A DNA stretch of 64,000 nucleotides from Malacoraja senta (GCA_038087875.1 JAXLNO010005863.1:434001-498000), one strand, 5' to 3'. Shown: positions 27,331 through 41,241, numbered from the stretch's first letter. The notes: generated from the letters alone by a model not told the origin. Numbers and translations are program-made.

Positions 27331-27504
27331 ACACATTCAGTCTGGTTCATGGTTCACGTTAAAAGGGTTTAATCTCCCCTGTTTCAGTACAATCCAGACT
27401 GGAATTTCTGCTTTGATTTGCACAATGCCCCGTTTCCTCTGTGGAAGAAGGAACTGCAGATATTGGTTTAAACTGATTTTAACTCGTGTAAAACAAACAG
27501 GAGC

Positions 27505-28420
27505 GAGGCATTCACTAGGGTTTCCTCGCTGCTCCGCTCTTGCTCTCCCTTCCCCCCACATTCGTACCAAGGACAGAGTCCCCCTTGTCCTCACCTTCCA
27601 CCCCATCAGCTGTCGCACAGCATATGATCCTCCATCATTTTTGCCACCTCCAACAGGATCCCAATACTGGCCACATCTTCCCATCTCCACCTCTTTCTGC
27701 TTTCAGTGGAGACCGTTCCCTCTGAAATTCCCTGGTCAACTCGTCCTTTTCCACCCAAACCACCCCCTCTCCAGGTACTTTCCCCTGCAACCGCAGGAGA
27801 TGCAACACATGTCCCTTTCCCTCCCCTCTCGACTCCATCCAAGGACCCAAACAGTCTTTCCAGGTGAGGCAGAGGTTCACTTGCACCTTCTCCAACCTCA
27901 TCTACTGTATCCGCAGTTGCAGGTGTCAACTTCTCTACATCAGCGAGGCCAAGCACAGGCTCGGCAATCATTTCACTGAACTACTCCGCTCTGTCCATCT
28001 TAACCTACCTGATCTCCTGGTTGCTCAGCACTTCAACTTCCCCTCCCATTTCCAATCTGACCTTTCTGTCCTGGGCCTCCTCCATGGTCAGAGTGAGGCC
28101 CAGTGCAAATTGGAGGAACAGCACCTCATATTTTGATTGGGTAGTTTACACCCCAGCTGTATGAACATTGACTTCTCTAACTTTAAATATCCCTTGCGTT
28201 CCCTCTCTATCCCCTCTCCCTTCCCAGTTCTCCCATCAGTCTTAATGTCTTCAACTACATTCTATCTTTGTCCCGTCAACTCCCCTGACATCAGTCTGAA
28301 GAAGGGTCTCGACCCGATAGGTCGCCCATTCCTTCTCTCCAGATATGCTGCCGGCCTGCTGAGTTACTCCAGCATTTTGTGTCTACCTTTGAGTTAAACC
28401 AGCATCTGCAGTTCTTTCTT
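27505..28420 (+). mobile_element. Penelope-like element 3' part (GIY-YIG and terminal repeat)
   Basis: RVPLVLTFHP, FTCTFSNLIYCI and LEEQHLIF motifs, frameshifted. Confidence 0.88.
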
Positions 28421-28544
28421 ACACAAAGTGCATTGTTTGACAGGTTCATGTTTATGGCCAAAGGTGGGAAGAGAGTGAGGCACTAGTACAATGCGAAATC
28501 AATAAACGATTAGCACACACTGTGGATTTGTTATTGATTGAGTG

Positions 28545-29100
28545 ACAACTCTTAGCTCCAAACGTGCGGTCGTCATGTTTACATGGTTTATTAATGATTT
28601 GGATAAGGGGATTGAATGTTTTGTGGCCAAGTTTGCAGATGATGCTAAAATAGGTGGAGGGGCAGGCAGTGTAGAGGAAGCAAGGACTTTGCAGAAGGAC
28701 TTGTTCAGGTTAGGAGAGTGGGCAGAGAAGTGGCAGATGAAATCTAGTATAGGAAAGTGTGGAGACATGCATTTTGGTAATAAGAATAAAGGCATAGATT
28801 ATTTTACAAATGGAGAGAGAATCCAGAAATCGGAGGCACATAGTGACATGGGAGTGGTGGTGCAGGACTCTCAAAAGGTTAATTTGCAAATTGAATCGGT
28901 AGTCAGGAAGGTGATTTATATCAAGAGGACTGGAATACAAAAACAGAAAATGCCGCCCGATTTGTAAGAGTGTCAAAGGTCACAGGGAGATGACAGAACG
29001 GCACTGAGAGGTAACGATAGGTCAGCCATGATTAAATTGTGGAGTAAACTCGATGGGCTGAACAACCAAATTCTGCACCTTTGACTTATGAAGCGAGTCA
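28545..29100 (+). mobile_element. CR1 RT fragment with internal deletion
   Basis: FINDLDKG...KFADDAKIGG motif. Confidence 0.8.
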
Positions 29101-32100
29101 AAGTTCAGAACATGAGGGATGATCTTTTTATTTCTCCCCAGACTGGTATGTCTGGAACCAAAATTCACAGTTTAAAAATAAGGGTTCAGACATTCTTATG
29201 GCACCAAAACATGGTGACACCTGTGTGATGCCTAGGTTAGGTCTGCTATATGATTTTAACGAGTTGTATGCGAAACAAAGCAGTTCACTGTACCTAGGTG
29301 CATGTGACAATAAAATATCATTGAATCATTGAATTCAGTGCAGTAATGAAATTAGTTTTAATTAGTCTTTCAAATTCTCTGTCCAAGTAGGCTGTGGGCA
29401 TTCAGTCAATCAGATGCTTGAGGCAGGGATAGGAAGATGCTTGGATACAAAAGGAATCCGGAATTCGGAAAAATGGTGGTCTGCTAGAGGATCGGTTATG
29501 ATCTTATAGAATATCAGAGATTGGGAACAAAGGATGAATGGCAACATTTTGCTTATGTTAGGTTTGATCCCACTCCACAAGAGAGTCCAGAAGGAAAGAG
29601 AGTATAGAATGTTCAATTGTCATATGTGCTGACTACAATACAATAACATTCATGTAGCAGACCTGTAAGACAATACAAATAGATAACATACTAAAAATTC
29701 AGTTAATTGATAATCCCAATACATGTGCAAATACACCGCAAATGCTTAGTTTAACCAAAGACAGTCCATAGGTCTACAGGGTCCGACTCGACACATTACC
29801 TATCCATTCTCACCAGCGATGCTGCCTGATCTGCTGAGTTACTCCAACACTTTGTCTTTATTTTGTTCATTAATCATAGCTGAGTGTAGTGTAGTTCAGG
29901 GTTCAATATACGAGAAGATTTTAATGATCACATTCCAACACGCATCTCCAGAGCCAAACAAAACAATGACATTCTCCTTTGATGGTAATAATCTAATTTG
30001 GTGAAAGGGGAAACAGGCTTAGATATAAAGAATAACATATTTATAGCAGTTCCAATGTAGGAAAATGCTTCAATGAGATTCGTAAGAATATTATTCTGTA
30101 ACATTTTACTTCGAGCAGTATAATGGCATGACATGACAATTACCAAAATAAACATTTAAGCTGCATCTTAAAGGAAGGGATATTTAGCAAGCAATTCTAT
30201 GACTTAGGCCTGCTCTTCAGATGAAATACTTAAATTTGTGAATAATCAGGAAGTTATACTGCCCGGTTCATCGTGGGTTCTGACATCACCACCATCAAAG
30301 GGATCCACACGAGACGCTGCCTCAAAAAGGAAGCCAACATCATCCCCCTGGCCATGCTTTCATTACCTCCCACCATGGGGAAGAAAGTATAGGTGTTTGA
30401 AAACCATGACCTCCAGGTTCAAGAATAGCTTCTTCCCAACAACTATCATGCAGTTGAACGCTACACAACGCTAACCTCAACTGGGAAATTGTATGGACAT
30501 GCCGAGGGAGGAGCTGCGTCGGAAGGAACTGCAGATGCTGGTTTAAACCGAAGATAGACACAAAATGCTGGAGTAACTCAGCGGGTCAGACAGCGACTCT
30601 GGAGAAAAGGAATAGGTAGCGTTTCAGGTCGAGACCATTCTTCAGACTGATAGTCAGGGGAAAGGGAAACGAGAGATACAGGCAGTGATATAGAGAGATA
30701 TAAGAACAAATGATTGAAAGATATGCTTTGAATGAAAGAGCTGTTGGTCTTAGATATTTAAATACAATGATCAGGGTTTAAAATCTGAATATTTTTCAAT
30801 CAGAAAGATGATGGGTGAATGGGATGGAGCAAGTTAGCACAATGATGACAAAGTCTGAAGAAGGGCCTCAATCTGAAACATCACCCATTCCTTCTCTCTG
30901 GAGATTCTGCCTGTCCCACTGAGTTATTCCAGCATTTTGTGTCTATCGCTAAGTGCTGGAGTAACTCAGCTGGTCAGGCAGCATCTCCGGAGAACGTGGA
31001 GAGATAACGTTTAGGGTAAACACCCTTCCCCAGAGTGAAGAAGGGGTCTTGACCCGAAACATCTATCCATGATCACATATCCATGATCTCCAGGGATGCT
31101 GCCGGACCCACTTAGGTGTTCCAGCACTTTGCATCTCTTTGTGAACCAACATTTGTAGTTCATTGTTTCTACAGTGTAAATTGACTGTCATTTGTAGGTA
31201 AGTGATAGAATCTGGAGAGAGATGATGGGAATTTGCAGAGAATAAGAATGAGTTGGTCAAGAGCAAGAGTTTAATTGTCATCTGTACTGGCAATGGAATA
31301 ATGAAATTCTTATACATATATTAAATATACAACAATCAATGGTACAATTAATTAATATTAGTTATACTAGGTAACCAGACCATAACAGTAGAAAAACAAA
31401 ACGTCCTTCCTGCAACCAAAATAAAGTCCATCACTGTCGGCTGAAGGTTCTGTTTGTGTGTCTCTGTGACTATATGTGTGGAGAATGCTTCGAAAGAGTA
31501 GGTGAAGGGGCATTCTAAATGATGGGATGCACATATCATTGTAAACGGGGCCCTCAAAGTATTGATCTGTAAAATGCTAAATCTGCATTTCATTGCAGGG
31601 GACTAGAGTTTAATGGTAGACAATCCACATAAACACTTGTTCTTGTCTATGGAGAGTTTTGCAGACTGCTCCAATTACAATAAATTAATATATAACGAGT
31701 GGGATACAAGAAGGTACATTCCTTTTACCCATAGATGCTGCCTGTTCCACTGCGTTACTCCAGTATTTTGTCTCTATCTTTGGTGTAAACCAGCATCTGC
31801 AGTGCCTTCCTACACAGACACAAGAAGGATCCCAACAATGGGTTCTGTTTGTATGGAGTTGATACGTTCTCCCTATGACCGCTCGGCTTTCCTCTGGGTG
31901 CTCAGAGGGCAGTGGAGGCCGGTTCTCTGGATACTTTCAAGAGAGAGCTAGATGGGCCTCTTAAAGATAGCGGAGTCAGGGGATATGACAAGAAGGCAGG
32001 AACAGGGTACTGATTGGGGATGATCAGCCATGATCACATTGAATGGCGGTGCTGGCTTGAAGGGCCAAATGGCCTCCTCCTGCACCTATTGTCTATTGTC

Positions 32101-32969
32101 TATTGTCTATTGTTTCCTCCCATGTTCCAAAGACGTGTGGGTTTGTAGGTTTATTGGCCGCTGTAAATTGCCCTCAGTGTGTTGGATGTGAAACAGGGAA
32201 AACATAGAACTAGTGTATGGGTGATTGATGGTCAGTGAAGACTCAGTGGGCAGAAAGGCCTGTTTCCATGCTGCATCTCCTAAAAAAGATTGGTGAGCAT
32301 GATACCAGAATTCAAACGTCACAGAGAAACCAACACATTTTAGTTTGTACAGACAAGAACACCCAAGAATGTTTGTATTCAAAGAGACCAACAAAGTAAT
32401 AAAGGTTTGCAGGTACAAAGTCCAACAGTGAGCATTGCTTAATCTAATCTTATACTTAGAACATTGTAGATGTAGGGCATTCAGCACAGGGAGGCTGTCC
32501 CATTAATAATAATAATAATACATTTTATTTATAGGCGCCTTTGTAACTTTGTCTGCGCCAACACATGGCGACATTTTTGTACTGCCTAGGTTCAATTTAG
32601 TTTATTGACACGTGTACCGAGGTACAGTGAAAAGCTTTTTGTTGCTTACTAACCAGTCAGTAGAAAGACAATACATGATTACAATCAATTCATTTACAAT
32701 GTAGAGACACATGATAAAGGAATAATGTTTAGTGCAAGGTGAAGCCAGCAAAGTCCGGTCAAGGATAGACCGAGGTTGTATGGAAAACAAACCATTTCAC
32801 TATACCCAGATACCTTGGGTACATGTGACAATAGAGTATCATTCAATCATTCTTTCATTCATCAGTCCTATTCCTCCCAATTTATTTTCCATATAACACA
32901 GGCACAATGCTCCTTTGATTTTCTTTGCCATTTACGTGTGTTGATCTGGCTAATGGGTTTTGTGAAGTA

Positions 32970-33271
32970 CAGCACAGTGGTGCAATGGTAGAGAGTTGCT
33001 GCCTCATAGCGCCAGAGACCCAGGTTCAATCCTGAATTCAGGTCTGTCTATGTGGAGTTTGCACATTTTCACTGTGACCGAGTGGGTTTCCTCCAGGTGT
33101 TTCGGTTTCCTCCCACAACCCAAAGGCATGCAGGTTTGTAGGTTAATTGGCCTATGTAAATTGCCCCTAGTGTATAAAGAGTGGACGAGAAAGTGGAATA
33201 ACTAGAGTGAATGGGAGATCAATGGTCAGCATGGACCCAGTGGGCCTGTTTCCGCTATAACTCTAAACTAA
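32970..33271 (+). mobile_element. tRNA-derived V-SINE (HE1-like)
   Basis: A/B-box head, central TGTGGAGTTTGCA...GGTTTCCTCCCACA domain, CR1-like 3' end and (TAAAC)n-like tail. Confidence 0.8.
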
Positions 33272-34199
33272 CCTTAAAAACCACTAAAATTACTGATTTA
33301 TTGCAAGTAGCTAGATTCAAAACTATTTAAACTACTGAAGACGGGTCCTGACTCAAAACATTACCTGTCCATTCCAGCCACAGATGCTGCCTGACTCACT
33401 GAGTTCCTCCAGTATTTCATTGCTCAAGATTCCAACATGTCTCGATATTAACTACTTGTTTGAATAACACTGTTGTTTGGTATTTTTATGATATTTTTAC
33501 GGTAGAATTGCATGCTGAAATGTTCATACCTTTAACATAGTTGAAAAGGATAGTAATTCATTAATGCATGCAGGAATAGTATTATTAAAATTGACTTTAG
33601 TAAAATACCAAATACACTGGCAATATGCAGAAGGTCACGCCGCATCTGTGGGCAGGAAAGCAGAGCTAATGTTTCAGGCCAGAGACCCTTCAGGACCGGG
33701 AAGGAGGAGAAAGAAGAAAGGAGGAACTGAAGATGCTGGTTAACAAAAAAAGACACAGTTTTGGAATAACTCAGTCGGACGGGCAGCATTACTGGAGGAC
33801 GTGGGATGCTAAGGCTTTGGGTCAGGACCATTCTTCAAACTGATTGTGGGGGTAAATAAAGCTGGAAGAGAGGAGGGGCAGAACAAAGTATGGCAGATGA
33901 TAGGTGATAGATACCAAAATGAGAGAGCAGTCCTGAACTACTTCTGCCTCATTTGTGACCCTCGGACTTTCTTTGATCGGACTTTACTGGCTTTACCTTG
34001 CACTAAATGTTATTCCCTCATCATGTATCTCTACACTGTAAATGGTTAGTTTGTAATCATGTATTGTCTTTACGCTGACTGGTTAGCAGGCAACAAAAGC
34101 TTTTCACTGTACCTCTGTACACGTAACAATAAACTAAACTAAAATGTTGCAGAGAGGAGTTTCCGACAACAAAGGCCAGAGATGAAAAGGCAAAAGGAA

Positions 34200-35180
34200 T
34201 TAAAGAATGGTGAATTGTGAAAATAGAGGAATGGATGAAGGGGACGGGGGAGGGCAGAAATAGATGCAAGTCCAGATGGGGCACAGGGGAGGGGAAGAAA
34301 TGGGGGGGTAGGTTACCTAAAATTCTCATCACTTCCCACACAAACCATGGCATCCCAGGTAATCTCCCCTGCAACTGCGGATGTAACATCTGTTCCTGTA
34401 CCTCCTCTGTGGTCTGCCTCGAGGGACCATAGCAGTCCTTCTAGGTGAGACAAGACGTTCATGTACACCTTCTCTAAACTGATCTATTGCATCCGATGTT
34501 CCCAATGTGGCCTCCTGTATATCGACGAGACCAAGCATTGACTCCACGACCATTTCGCCGAAACTGGATCTGCCATGGACTTCTGCACTGGATCTCCTGG
34601 TTGCTAACCATTTGAACTTCCTTTCCCATTGCCATATTGACCTTTCTGTTTTGGGTCTCCTCCATTGCCAGTGCGAGGTCACATGCAAACAGCCCCTAAC
34701 ATTCTTCTTGGGTAGCTTTCAACCTGATGGTGTGAACATCGAACTCGCCAATTTTAGGAAATCTAAGTCCTACTCTCTGCCTCCTCCTCCCCTTTCCCCC
34801 CACACCCATATTTCTCCCCACCGTTGCCCCCCTCCCCTGTAGCCCACCTGGACTTGCACCTATTTCCCTCCACTTCTCCTTCCTTCTAAATTTGCCCTTT
34901 GCAACTTTTCAATTATTTTGTTGCGCACCTTCTGTATTTTTATCTCTGGCCCTTGTCCAATAATCTCCATATCAACTCCCCCCATTACCGCCTCCTCACT
35001 TATGTTCACCTATTACCTGCCCCTCCTTTCATCCAGTTTCCTTCATCTCCCCCTCCCCCTCTACAATGCCCATACCCCCCACCCCAACCTCCCACAATGA
35101 GTCTGAAGAAGGATCCTGTTCCACAATACCACATATCCATGTTTTCCAGTGATACTGCCTGACCCGTCGAGTTGTCCCAG
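34200..35180 (+). mobile_element. Degenerate Penelope-like element
   Basis: LIYCIRCSQCGLLYI.ETK remnant plus terminal repeat. Confidence 0.75.
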
Positions 35181-35744
35181 CACTTTGTGTCTTTTTCTAG
35201 GAGAAAAAAAAGAAGCATGTTAAGCTGCAGGAAGTGTGGGGGAGGGAGAATGTCTTTCAATGATAGACACAGAAAGCTGGAGTAACTCAGTGGGACAGGC
35301 AGCATCTCTGGAGAGAAGGAATGGGTGACGTTTCGGGTCGAGACCCCTTTTCAGACTTTCCAAGCCTTATCTGGTAGAATTTAATGAGATAGACATCTGT
35401 TTGTGGTCGAATGCATTATCTGAAAGCTGAATGTAAATTGTACTGTTAAGGCTTTACAATACGTCATTGTGCATGGATTGAGCATATGGGCTTAATTGTC
35501 CTCGTGCTTTGAAGGAAAGCTCACAGCATGTCTCAATTGCATGTCAACCTAGTATCATAAAAACAACTACTGTAGGAACTCAGGTGGTAGAGGAACAACT
35601 TTGTAAGAAGGAACTGCAGATGCTGGTTTACACTGAAGATAGACACAAAATGCTGGAGTAACTCAGTGCAGCATTTCTGGCAAAAAGAAATAGGTGACAT
35701 TTCAGGTTGATTCCTTCCTCACATGTTCAAGAGTCAAGAGTGTT

Positions 35745-36492
35745 ATAGACAATAGACAATAGGTGCAGGAGTAGGCCGTTCGGCCCTTCGAGCCAGCACC
35801 ACCATTCAATGTGATCATGGCTGATCGTCCCCAATCAGTACCCCGTTCCTGCCTTCTCCCCATATCGCCTGACTCCGCTATTTTTAAGAGCCCTATCTAG
35901 CTCTCTCTTGAAAACATCCAGAGAACCTGCCTCTGAGGCAGAGAATTCCACAGACTCACCACTCTCTGTGATAAAAAGTGTTTCCTCGTCTCCGTTCTAA
36001 ATGGCTTACTCCTTATTCTTAAACTGTGGCACCTGGTTCTGGACTCCCCCAACATCGGGAACATGTTTCCTGCCTCTAGCGTGTCCAAGCCCTTAACAAT
36101 CTTATATGTTTCAATGAGATTGCCTCTCATCCTTCTAAACTCCAGAGTGTACAAGCCCAGCTGCTCCATTCTCTCAGCATATGACAGTCCCGCCATCCCG
36201 GGAATTAACTTTGTAAACCTACGCTGCACTCCCTCGATAGCAAGAATGTCCTTCCTCAAATTAGGGGACCAAAACTGCACACAATACTCCAGGTGTCGTC
36301 TCACTGGGGCTCTGTACAACTGCAGAAGGACCTCTTTGCTCCTATATTTGATTCCTCTTGTTATAAAGGCCAACATGCCATTCGCTCTCTTCACTGCCTG
36401 CTGTACCTGCATGCTTACTTTCATAGACTGATGTACAAGGACCCCCAGATCCCGTTGTACTTCCCCTTTTCCCAACTTGACTCCAGTTAGAT
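35745..36492 (-). mobile_element. CR1 3' fragment with 6-bp TSD (AGTGTT) inside a Rex1-type tail
   Basis: ORF 35897-36547. AGTGTT at 35739-35744 and 36493-36498. Confidence 0.9.
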
Positions 36493-36644
36493 AGTGTTTT
36501 ATTGTCATATGTCCCAGATAGGACAATGAAATTCTTACTTGCTGCACAACAGAAGGGAATGAAATTTGGAGGGAATTAAGTTTTTCACAATGATTTTTAA
36601 CTGGTACAGTAAGTCACTTCTATTATTCAGAAACCATTTGCTGG

Positions 36645-37801
36645 AGTATGTAACAATGTTACAAAATTTTGAGATTTTAAAAATCAAGTCTGCAATTTAT
36701 CCCATCAGATAAAGCATAAAAGAAGTTTAATTTGACACCTAATTCACTTTCATATCTTCAGTATTAAAAAAGTTATGGCCATTTTCATACTCGGAAATTA
36801 GTATCTTGTTCCCTATTGCTTTTCCATTGACTTAACACAAAAGCTGTGATCAAGGACAGTCAAAAGCCCATAACTTTCTTAGAAATTAAAGGCCTGTCTC
36901 ACGGGTTTGCGATCATTGGCGGTGAAACAGGAAGTATCTACCGCTCGTGGACCGCCAGAGACCGCGGGTTCGGTCAAACGCACACTGCCGGGGCCGTGCG
37001 GCGTTGGTCCCAACACCGCATGGTGCTCACAAAAAACCAACAATGTTGAAAAATCTTTTCCTACCGCACAGCCGCCGCCAGTGAGGCACGAGTGCAGCAC
37101 GGGCACCGCCACAGCCGCCGCCACAGCGCCGCGATCACCACTACCGCCGCCACAGCCCCGCGATACGAAATGACGTCATCGCGTAGCGCGTCGCGTTGCA
37201 CGATGATGTCATCGCGTAGCGCGTCGCGTTGCGTGATGTCGTCATCACCCGACGCCGCAAGCTTGTGTATAATTCCTGTAAATTTAGTGTTTAATTCCTG
37301 TAAATTAATAGCCATTTAAATCATCTTGCGAGTGGGATTTTGTGGAACGCGCTGGTTTGGAACGTTGCGGTTACACTGAATTAAACCCCAATATCGGCAG
37401 GAAAAATACTGCCGGTTGGTATATTTACATAATCACATTTTCGCAACTTGAATTTTTTATTAAAGGCATCCTAAGAAGCAAGTTTATATGAAAAAATAAA
37501 CGGTGTACCTTGCCTTGTCCCGTGCGTGAAATCCGTCCCGTTGTCGGCGTTGACGGCATTTGAAGATGATTTTAATTTTACTCCAACAATTAAATTATAA
37601 AGCGCTAATTTGAATAAACGTAATAAAACGGCAGTCAGAGCGATTTTTCTTCATCAACTATTTAACCTGTTCAAGGTCGTTTAGAACAGGCTGCCGAAAT
37701 ATCGCATTTTAAACCCGCCCCCCTCTCAAAGGCGCCAAAGTCGCGCACACGGGCAGTGAGAGAACTGCAGCGCCACTGAAGGTAAGTTTTGTAACATACC
37801 T
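36645..37801. mobile_element. Putative non-autonomous DNA transposon (superfamily unassigned) carrying a nested CpG-rich MITE remnant
   Basis: Imperfect terminal inverted repeats AGTATGT..TACAAAA / TTTTGTAACATACCT. The inner insert 36888-37260 starts TAA/AGGCCTGTCTCAC. Confidence 0.45.
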
Positions 37802-37918
37802 AGAGTGTGTAGTAATATTTTCAAAACAATATTTGAAATGACATAAGACCAAGATTGCGTGAGAAGTCATCTTCTGATACAGTTTTGGATTTGGCAGGAA
37901 ATGCTAAAAATATGGTTT

Positions 37919-38213
37919 GGCACGGTGGTGCAGCGGCTGATCTGCTGCCTTACAGCACAAGGGACCCGGGTTTGATCCTGACTACGGTTTCAGTCTGCAA
38001 GGAGTTTGTACGTACTTCCCATGACAGGCGCAGGTTTCCTCCGGGTGCTCCGGATTCCTCCCACACTCCAATGACATACCAATTTGCTCAGTAAAATTCT
38101 AAATTGTCCCAAGCGTGCATAGAATAGTGATAGTATGCGGGGATCGCTGGTCGGCGAGGATTCGGTGGGCTGAAGGACCGGTTTCTGCACTGTATCTCTA
38201 AATTAAACTAAAT
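37919..38213 (+). mobile_element. tRNA-derived V-SINE (HE1-like)
   Basis: Same structure as 32970-33271. Confidence 0.82.
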
Positions 38214-38819
38214 ACCTAGAGCGCAAGGAAAAGTTCAAGCCTAAGGAGAGGAAATCTGAATTCGCATTCTAGACCTTCATCATTTAATTTGGCAACTAAA
38301 TTGTTGCAACTCTACCTCCACAGATGCTGTTGGATCATTTCCAACATGTTATATTTCTGTGTCAAGTTTATAGCACCATGTCATTATTTTCCACTGAAAA
38401 TGGAAAGGTTGTTTGATAGATTTGTAATGTAATCATAGCCTAGAACATGGGTCTTTTGCTGATTAATATTGAGTCCAGCAATACATTCCTCAGGGCTTGA
38501 GCAATTGTGCTCTTGACCTGCTGTGAATATATCAGAGAGAAGAGTAAGGATGTGTAAAAGTGTAGGTATGCCGGCTGAAGTATGTACATTTTTGAGATGG
38601 TAGAGAAAATGGGAAGATGAATCACTTCTGTTCAGAAGACATTTAACAATGTTACACTTAAAGTGTTTATAAACATTTGTGAGGTAGGATCAGGTTATTT
38701 GACTGGAAGGTAATTTTCCCCAAGTGAATGTGGGTGGTGGGAAAATTGAGAGAGGAGATTAATTGGAATGTGAGATTTACATGGAAACATAGAAAATACT
38801 GTAGATGCAGGAGTAGGCA

Positions 38820-39300
38820 CGTAAGCCAGACCCGTTTAACCCCCTGGAGATGGTCTGTAGTGATACCTTCTAACGAGGTTTTATGTAACTAACAATATTG
38901 CTAGTTCAGAGTCTATAAGGCTCTTAGGGACCTTAACATTCTGGTGTAGATGTGTGACCCCACACAACCCAAGGTCCATGGGATATGCAAACATCTAGTT
39001 TGACCTTATGCCCCTGGTCTACTCTGCTTGACTAAGTCATAAACATAAAACCTTATTATTGCCCGCAGATCTTCCTATCCAGTGTTAACTTATGCAATGA
39101 CTGGACCCGTTGCGCTGAACTCAGCACCATGAGCATAACCACTAGTAAGTGAGTTTGACCAAGGACAGGGATGTAGCTGGAGCCCACCGGCGAATTGACG
39201 TAGCACAATGTTAACAACCCATATCTCCACATCCCTAGGCCTGAGTTGAAGATACCCTTCATAATCTAGATGTCAGAGGGTGAAGACCGCGCCAGCACGC
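38820..39300 (-). pseudogene. Second DIRS tyrosine-recombinase remnant
   Basis: MKGIFNS..., LVVMLMVLSSAQRVQSLHKLTLD and LLVSYIKP..KVSLQTISR. Parallels 15380-15810. Confidence 0.78.
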
Positions 39301-39580
39301 ATGCTGATCATCCAAAATCAGTACCCCGTTCCTGCTTTTTACCCATATCCTTGATTCCATTAGCCCTAAGAGCTAAATCTAACTCTATCTTGAAAACATC
39401 CAGTGAATTGGTCTCCACTGCCTTCTGTGGCAGAGAATACCACAGATAATCAACTCTCTGGGTGAAAACGTTTTTCCTTATCTCATTCCTAAATGGCCTA
39501 TCCCTTATTTTTAAACTATGACACAAGTTTCTGTGTTCGATGACTTTATTCTCCTCAGTGATTTGGTGCACACGTTAATA

Positions 39581-40017
39581 GTTTAGTTTAGAGATATAGA
39601 GCAGAAACAGGCCCTTTGGCCCACCGAGTCCGCACCGGACAGCGATTCCCACACCTTAACGCTACCCTACACACAAACCTGGGACAATTTAATATTTACA
39701 CCAAGCCCATGTATGTCTTTGGACTGTGGGAGGAAATCGATGGTCTTGGAGAAAACCCATGCAGATCACAGGGAGAACGTACAAACTCCATACAGACAGC
39801 ACCTATAGTTAGGATCGAACCCGGGTCTCTGGCACTGTGAGGCAGTCACTCTACCAGGTCTACAGAACCCGGGTCTCTGGCACTGTGAGGCAGTCACTCT
39901 ACCAGGTCTACAGAACCCGGGTCTCTGGCACTGTGAGGCAGTCACTCTACCAGGTCTACAGAACCCGGGTCTCTGACACTGTGAGGTAGTTGCTCTACCT
40001 CTACTGCACCGTGCCAC
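39581..40017 (-). mobile_element. V-SINE with a 48-bp x4 tandem amplification in its tRNA head
   Basis: Units start at 39817, 39865, 39913 and 39961. Confidence 0.88.
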
Positions 40018-40029
40018 CCATAATAGTGC

Positions 40030-40965
40030 TACCCAAAAGTCAAGAGAGTTTTTTTGTCATGTGTCCCAGATAGGACAATGAATTCTTGCTTGCTGCAGCA
40101 CAACAGAATATGTAAACATAATACAGAGATAAAAGTTCAGTGTGTCTATATACCATAGACCATATATATACACAATAAATAAACATTTAAAGTGCAATAG
40201 GCTGTTATTGTTCAGAGTTTGTTTGATGTCGTGTTTAATAGCCTGATGGCTGTGGGGAAGAAGCTGTTCTTGAACCTGGATGTTCCAGATTTCAAGCTCC
40301 TGCACCTTCTTCCTGATGGCAACGGAGAGATGAGTGTGTGGCCAGGATGGTGCGGGTCTGTTGGCAGCCATTTTGAGGCAGCGACTGCGATGGATCCCTT
40401 CGATGGAAGGGAGGTCAGAGCCGAAGATGGACTGGGCAGTAGTCACAAACTTTGTGGATTCTTTTCCGCTCCTGGACGTTCAAGTTGCCGAACCCAGCCA
40501 CGATGCAACCAGTCAGCATGCTCTCTACTGTGCACCTGTAGAAATCCGAGAGAGTCCTCCTTGACATACCAACTCTCCGTAATCTTCTCAGGAAGTAGAG
40601 GCGCTGCTGTGCCTTCTTTATGATTGCATCAGTGTGTTGGGACCTGGAAAGATCTTCGGAAATACGCACGCCCAGGAATTTGAAGTTCTTGACCCTTTCC
40701 ACCATCGTCCCAGGATATAAACGGGATTGTGGGTTCCTATCCTACCTCTTCCAAAGTCCACAATCAGTTCCTTGGTTTTACTGGTGTTGAGGGCCGGGTT
40801 ATTGTGCTGGCACCATTTGGTCAATCGGTCGATCTCACTAATATACTCTGACTCATCACCATCAGTGATTCGTCCCACAACAGTGGCGTCGTCGGCGAAC
40901 TTGATGATGGAGTTCGGACTACGTCTGGCTACGCAGTCATGAGTTTAGAGTGAGTACAGAAGAAC
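40030..40965 (-). mobile_element. Rex1/Babar-type LINE 3' part
   Basis: KFADDATVVGRITDGDESEY, FKFLGV and KKAQQRLYFLRRL motifs. Confidence 0.9.
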
Positions 40966-41241
40966 AGTTTTCTTGTTTTTCAGTCATCAATATTCTCACT
41001 AGAATGGGCCATAAAAAAGTACTTCCTGTGGAAAAAGTTCAGTAACTTGGGGAAAAATATTTAAACTAATTGGTCAACTAAATTGTAAAAGACAATGTAA
41101 AAAGAATACACATGTGATCCATGAACTAGTTCAAAGAGCTGCCTTGCCTCAGGCACCATCCACTGAATGCTGCCGAGTGGTGTATTGTGGAATACTTTGT
41201 AAGATTGCATGGAATAAAAATATACATCAATCATAATTAAT

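Noticed and set aside
32970-33040. tRNA gene
   Set aside because: The A/B boxes belong to a V-SINE head followed by SINE body and tail, with no complete cloverleaf. The same applies to the other copies.
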